Of a stretch of DNA of 48,036 nt, positions 44,702 through 48,036 are shown one piece after another (the first letter of the stretch is position 1; each line of letters begins with the position of its first letter). The stretch is taken from positions 1 through 48,036 of IMG/VR virus record IMGVR_UViG_3300012942_000009; one strand, 5' to 3'. The notes below the pieces were generated by a model that saw nothing but the letters and a program-made list of their open reading frames with translations, was not told the origin of the DNA and did no database searches. Source of the stretch: a virus (Duplodnaviria > Caudoviricetes). The translations under genes were made by a program, and so were the position numbers.

Positions 44702-46291
44702 TTACCGTCGCCGTTGCGCGGCATGCCCCATCACCACCTTCACACTGCCTGAGTGGTTGCGGCTGGTGCTGGGCGCGCGGTGCCACTTGCCGTCCGGCAT
44801 CTCGGCCAGCCGCGGCCCGGCGCTCCAACTCATCACCACCGCATCGCCCTTGTCCGGGCTGCGGCCGATGAGTTCGACCAGCTTCTCCTTGGGCGTGATG
44901 GCCAGCACGCCGCCCGGCTTGACCTCGTAGGTGGGTGCGCACAGGTCGGCCACCAGTTCGTTGTCATCGGGCAGCATGATGGGCGAGCCCCCCGGCTGGG
45001 TTGGGTCGAGCGCCTCGCGGAAACGCCAGTAGACCGCAGACCGCACATTAAGGAACTTGAACTGGTTGTCGCTGCTGCGCGCCATGCTCTGCTTCACGCC
45101 CATGTAGGCAGTGCAGAGTTCCGGCTTGATGTTGGCGCGCAGGTGGCCATAGGCTTCCCCGCCCCAGCCCCCGCCCACGTCGATGACGATGTGCGCCTCG
45201 TCGCGGCGGTTGGCAATCACCAGCCCCGCCACGTCCGCGCCCCCCGGCGTGAGCTTGCCGGGCTTTTCAATCAACGTGGCGAACCATCCGTCATGGCGCG
45301 GGGCTAAAACGGTTTTATCGTCGCCTCCTTGGGCCACGTCCACCCCGATGGCGCACATCGGCACCCCGGCAGGCGGCACACTGCGCCAGCGCGCCTGCGC
45401 CAGCCTCACCCATTCGGTGGGTATCACCTGCCACGGGTCATCCTTGATGTTGGCATCGAAGCGGCCGTCACGGTAGGCGGCGCGAAGTTCATCCGGCAGG
45501 CTGTCGAGGATGCTGGCGTAGTTGGTGGAGGACAGGTCGGGGTTGTCGCTGAGCTTGGCCGGGATGAAAGTGCGGCTGCGCGCGCGGCGGTACTCGCCGT
45601 CGATGAAGTGCGGGCCGGGTCCGTCCACTTCGGTGTCACGGCCGTCGATGGTCAGGAACCAGCGCAGTTCACCCGGCTTGGCGGGATTGGGATACTTGGG
45701 GTCGAGCCATGCCGCCCATCTCTTGATAACCCAGAGGCCCTCGGGACGTGTCGGCGGATTACCAGTACAGACGATACGGCAGCGTTGGTCCGGGTTAGCC
45801 GAGCGGTTCCAGATGGTGATGAACAGGTATTGACTCTCGGTGAAATCGCTAATTTCATCGAAAGCCTTAAGGTCGTGAGGTATGCCCTTGTATCGCTGTT
45901 TGTCGTCTTCGTATTGGCAACCGCTGATGTCGATAATCTTGCCGTCCAGCCGCCACACGTTTTCCTGACCGTTGAAGCCATCGCGGCTCCCGAGGATTTC
46001 TTCGTAACGCTCGACAAACTTGCTGGCTTCCTTGTTGGTGCGACGCAGAACTAAACTTCTACTGTGGGAAGTTATGCTAAGCCCAAGAATCAAATCGCTT
46101 TTTCCACCGCCAGCTTGGCCGCCGTAAAACAATTCATCCGCCTCGCACAGATAGGCATCCATCTGCGGTCCGGGGTTGGGATACCATCGCTGTTTCGGGA
46201 GGGCCTTGTCGATGTCCTGCGCCAGTTTGGCCTTGTCTTCGGCAGGGAGAGGCTGGATGCGTTCAAGCAGTTCGTCGAGAAGTGTGGTCAT
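44702..46291 (-). CDS. Terminase large subunit
   Basis: Walker A YGGQAGGGKS, Walker B KAFDEI, TGNP, nuclease IGVDVAQGGDDKT and SPDKGDA. Confidence 0.95.
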   Translation of the reverse strand: MTTLLDELLERIQPLPAEDKAKLAQDIDKALPKQRWYPNPGPQMDAYLCEADELFYGGQAGGGKSDLILGLSITSHSRSLVLRRTNKEASKFVERYEEILGSRDGFNGQENVWRLDGKIIDISGCQYEDDKQRYKGIPHDLKAFDEISDFTESQYLFITIWNRSANPDQRCRIVCTGNPPTRPEGLWVIKRWAAWLDPKYPNPAKPGELRWFLTIDGRDTEVDGPGPHFIDGEYRRARSRTFIPAKLSDNPDLSSTNYASILDSLPDELRAAYRDGRFDANIKDDPWQVIPTEWVRLAQARWRSVPPAGVPMCAIGVDVAQGGDDKTVLAPRHDGWFATLIEKPGKLTPGGADVAGLVIANRRDEAHIVIDVGGGWGGEAYGHLRANIKPELCTAYMGVKQSMARSSDNQFKFLNVRSAVYWRFREALDPTQPGGSPIMLPDDNELVADLCAPTYEVKPGGVLAITPKEKLVELIGRSPDKGDAVVMSWSAGPRLAEMPDGKWHRAPSTSRNHSGSVKVVMGHAAQRRR

Positions 46292-46438
46292 ATACCCACG
46301 CTAGGCGGTCTTGCACGCTTCTTCAACATTTATGCCCGCGCTTCCAGCATGTTGCCGCTTTATATTTGCGCAGTGTGGCGCACGGTCTAGACTGAAACAA
46401 ATCCTCTTTCCTTCCGTTTCCTTGCCATGGAGGCCAAC

Positions 46439-46612
46439 ATGCAACCCAAGCTTTTCCCTGAAGTCCAGCTTAGCCTGCCGTTTCCTCTGCCGCCGAAGCC
46501 GGGCATCAAGATAGACCCGCGACGCCCATACCTCGACTACTGCCGCTACTGCCACTGCCCGCACCTCACCTGCGAACAGGCCGCAGCCTGCCGCGAGTCC
46601 AACAGCCGTTGA
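46439..46612 (+). CDS. Small Cys-rich hypothetical protein (moron-like)
   Basis: GGAGG RBS, CRYCHC...C...C, followed by a terminator. Confidence 0.55.
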   Translation: MQPKLFPEVQLSLPFPLPPKPGIKIDPRRPYLDYCRYCHCPHLTCEQAAACRESNSR

Positions 46613-46625
46613 CCATTTTCTCCCC

Positions 46626-46656
46626 AGCCCCCGTGGACACATGGGGGCTTTTGTTT
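46626..46656 (+). terminator. Intrinsic terminator
   Basis: AGCCCCCGTG-GACA-CATGGGGGCT-TTTGTTT. Confidence 0.75.
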
Positions 46657-46966
46657 GTAGGGTGGTGACGCTGAACGGGTAAGGCCGCAGGCTGCTCAGC
46701 CTGTTTGGGAAAGGCCCTGTGTCCGGGGTCCATGCCAAATAACGGACGAAACCGCCGCCCCGTCTCCACTGACATTGGGGCGGCTTTTAGTCGGGATGGG
46801 ATAGGCGCTCCAACATCTCCACCACATCTGGCACTGGGCTGCGTTGGAGTGGGTGAATGTTGGTGGTGTGACTTTTATGCATTTCAACGGCCATTGAAGG
46901 GGTGTTTTCCTAGCGGGAGAATTGATATTAAGGCATTGATTATAATATGCGTGCACAAAAGCATCA

Positions 46967-47701
46967 CTAGACCTTCTTCTGCGCCTGCGCCAGCACGAAC
47001 GCAATCCGCCGCGCGAGGTCGAGGTCATTTATCTCACCACTCGGCAGCTTCTCGCCATCCGCATCCGCGTGCTTCTGCATTGGCGCGTATTTCTTCGGGT
47101 TCAGCTTCTCCACGTACCACTTGCGCGCATCAATCCGAATCTGGCTGCGGCGCGTAGCCTCACCATTGACGGTCCAGCCAATGCTCTCGCCATCCTTGTT
47201 GAACTTCTCCATCCAGTCGTTGCGCCCGTCATCGGCAATCGTCATGGTCTCGTCGGCCAGAACATCAGCTTGAACCTCGCGGGCGTGTGCGTACTGCTCT
47301 CGGAATCTAGCAAGATTATCCTCAGTTTTGCCAGCTTGTAGTGCAATGTTCCCATCAGCCAGCCAACGCATAACCGTAGCCATACCCGGCATGCCCTCGG
47401 CCGCACATATTTCGCGGAGTGACTGTCCCTCCATCATGGCTTGGCAAATAGCATCACCAACTTGAGGTGTAAAACTGCATGGCCGTCCCGCCTTATTCTT
47501 TTCGGCGACGCCGCCGCCTCCTGTAACGGCCTGTGGTTGCTTTTTGGGTGGTTTCCTGACCTTACCCTTAGCGGAAGTCTTGCGCTTTCCCTTAGCCTTC
47601 GTTGTGACGCCTTTCATCACACGCGTTACAATTTCCTCCATCGGTGTGTCGGCAGGTATCACATCCCAGTTGCTTTTGGGTTGGGTGGGTTTCTTGGGCA
47701 T
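46967..47701 (-). CDS. Terminase small subunit (Sf6-like)
   Basis: GRPCSFTP....IC.....GQSLREIC....MP..ATV.RWL...FREQYAHARE...RIDARKW...KLNPKKY. Confidence 0.88.
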   Translation of the reverse strand: MPKKPTQPKSNWDVIPADTPMEEIVTRVMKGVTTKAKGKRKTSAKGKVRKPPKKQPQAVTGGGGVAEKNKAGRPCSFTPQVGDAICQAMMEGQSLREICAAEGMPGMATVMRWLADGNIALQAGKTEDNLARFREQYAHAREVQADVLADETMTIADDGRNDWMEKFNKDGESIGWTVNGEATRRSQIRIDARKWYVEKLNPKKYAPMQKHADADGEKLPSGEINDLDLARRIAFVLAQAQKKV

Positions 47702-47841
47702 GGTGGTTTCTCTCTCTCATACAGGCGCCGTCCCCGCGCGGCTTGGCGCGGCGGTCGGGGAAGCTGGTGATGCGCTGGCCATCCGCTACAAACACGGTAT
47801 CGCCTATGAGTACGGTGGGCAGCGGGCGCGGGGTTGTTTTG

Positions 47842-48036
47842 TCAGGCATGGGCATCCTCCTGTTTCCACTGTGCAATCAGCAGCACCAGTTGGTCAATAT
47901 CCCAGATGACATGCACCGCGTGGCCGAGGGCGCGCACGCGGGGATGGAGGGCTTGCTGGCTTTTGCTGAGAGTGCCTCCGGGCGCCTTGAGTTCCAGCCA
48001 CGCGATACGGCCATGGGGGCGGATGATACCCAAGTC
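47842..48036 (-). CDS. VRR-NUC nuclease, 3' part (continuation of 279..1)
   Basis: LELKAPGGTLSKSQQALH...VIWDIDQL. Confidence 0.85.
   Translation of the reverse strand, partial: DLGIIRPHGRIAWLELKAPGGTLSKSQQALHPRVRALGHAVHVIWDIDQLVLLIAQWKQEDAHA
47914..48036. repeat. Terminal direct repeat (right copy) of 1-123
   Basis: Exact sequence identity. Confidence 0.95.

Noticed and set aside
47592-47876. ORF upstream of terS
   Set aside because: It overlaps terS by 110 nt and has no recognisable motif; it may be real but I cannot support it

Overview
This is an apparently complete, circularly assembled dsDNA tailed phage genome of about 47.9 kb. Bases 1-123 repeat exactly at 47914-48036, and a VRR-NUC gene reads through that junction. 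The virion module is podovirus-like and lies on the minus strand (about 16-47.7 kb): small and large terminase, portal, scaffold, capsid, tail adaptor and nozzle, ejection proteins including a 2403-aa polyvalent protein, tailspike/fibres and lysis genes. The early region has lambdoid-type replication genes (O-like initiator with iterons, helicase loader) and RecE/RecT-like recombination genes. I found no integrase, DNA polymerase or RNA polymerase. The initiator tRNA suggests an alphaproteobacterial host. The most notable locus is 13.6-16 kb, where a Ro60/Rsr (TROVE-vWA) gene is transcribed divergently from a tandem array of four Y-RNA-like genes. Two of them contain a circularly permuted tRNA (T arm, tetraloop-capped acceptor stem, D arm) and two are minimal. 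All four carry a variable hairpin in the anticodon-arm position, clearly anticodon-like in two (Thr-UGU, Pro-UGG) and ambiguous in the others (His-GUG, Leu-GAG). A candidate RelE/colicin-type (BECR) RNase gene and terD/terC lie next to the array. The genome also has six tRNA genes, including a tRNA-Tyr lacking a D arm. A 19-bp operator-like motif recurs at the Ro/Y promoter, upstream of the tRNA cluster and in other promoter regions. All protein assignments come from motif recognition by eye, not database searches.
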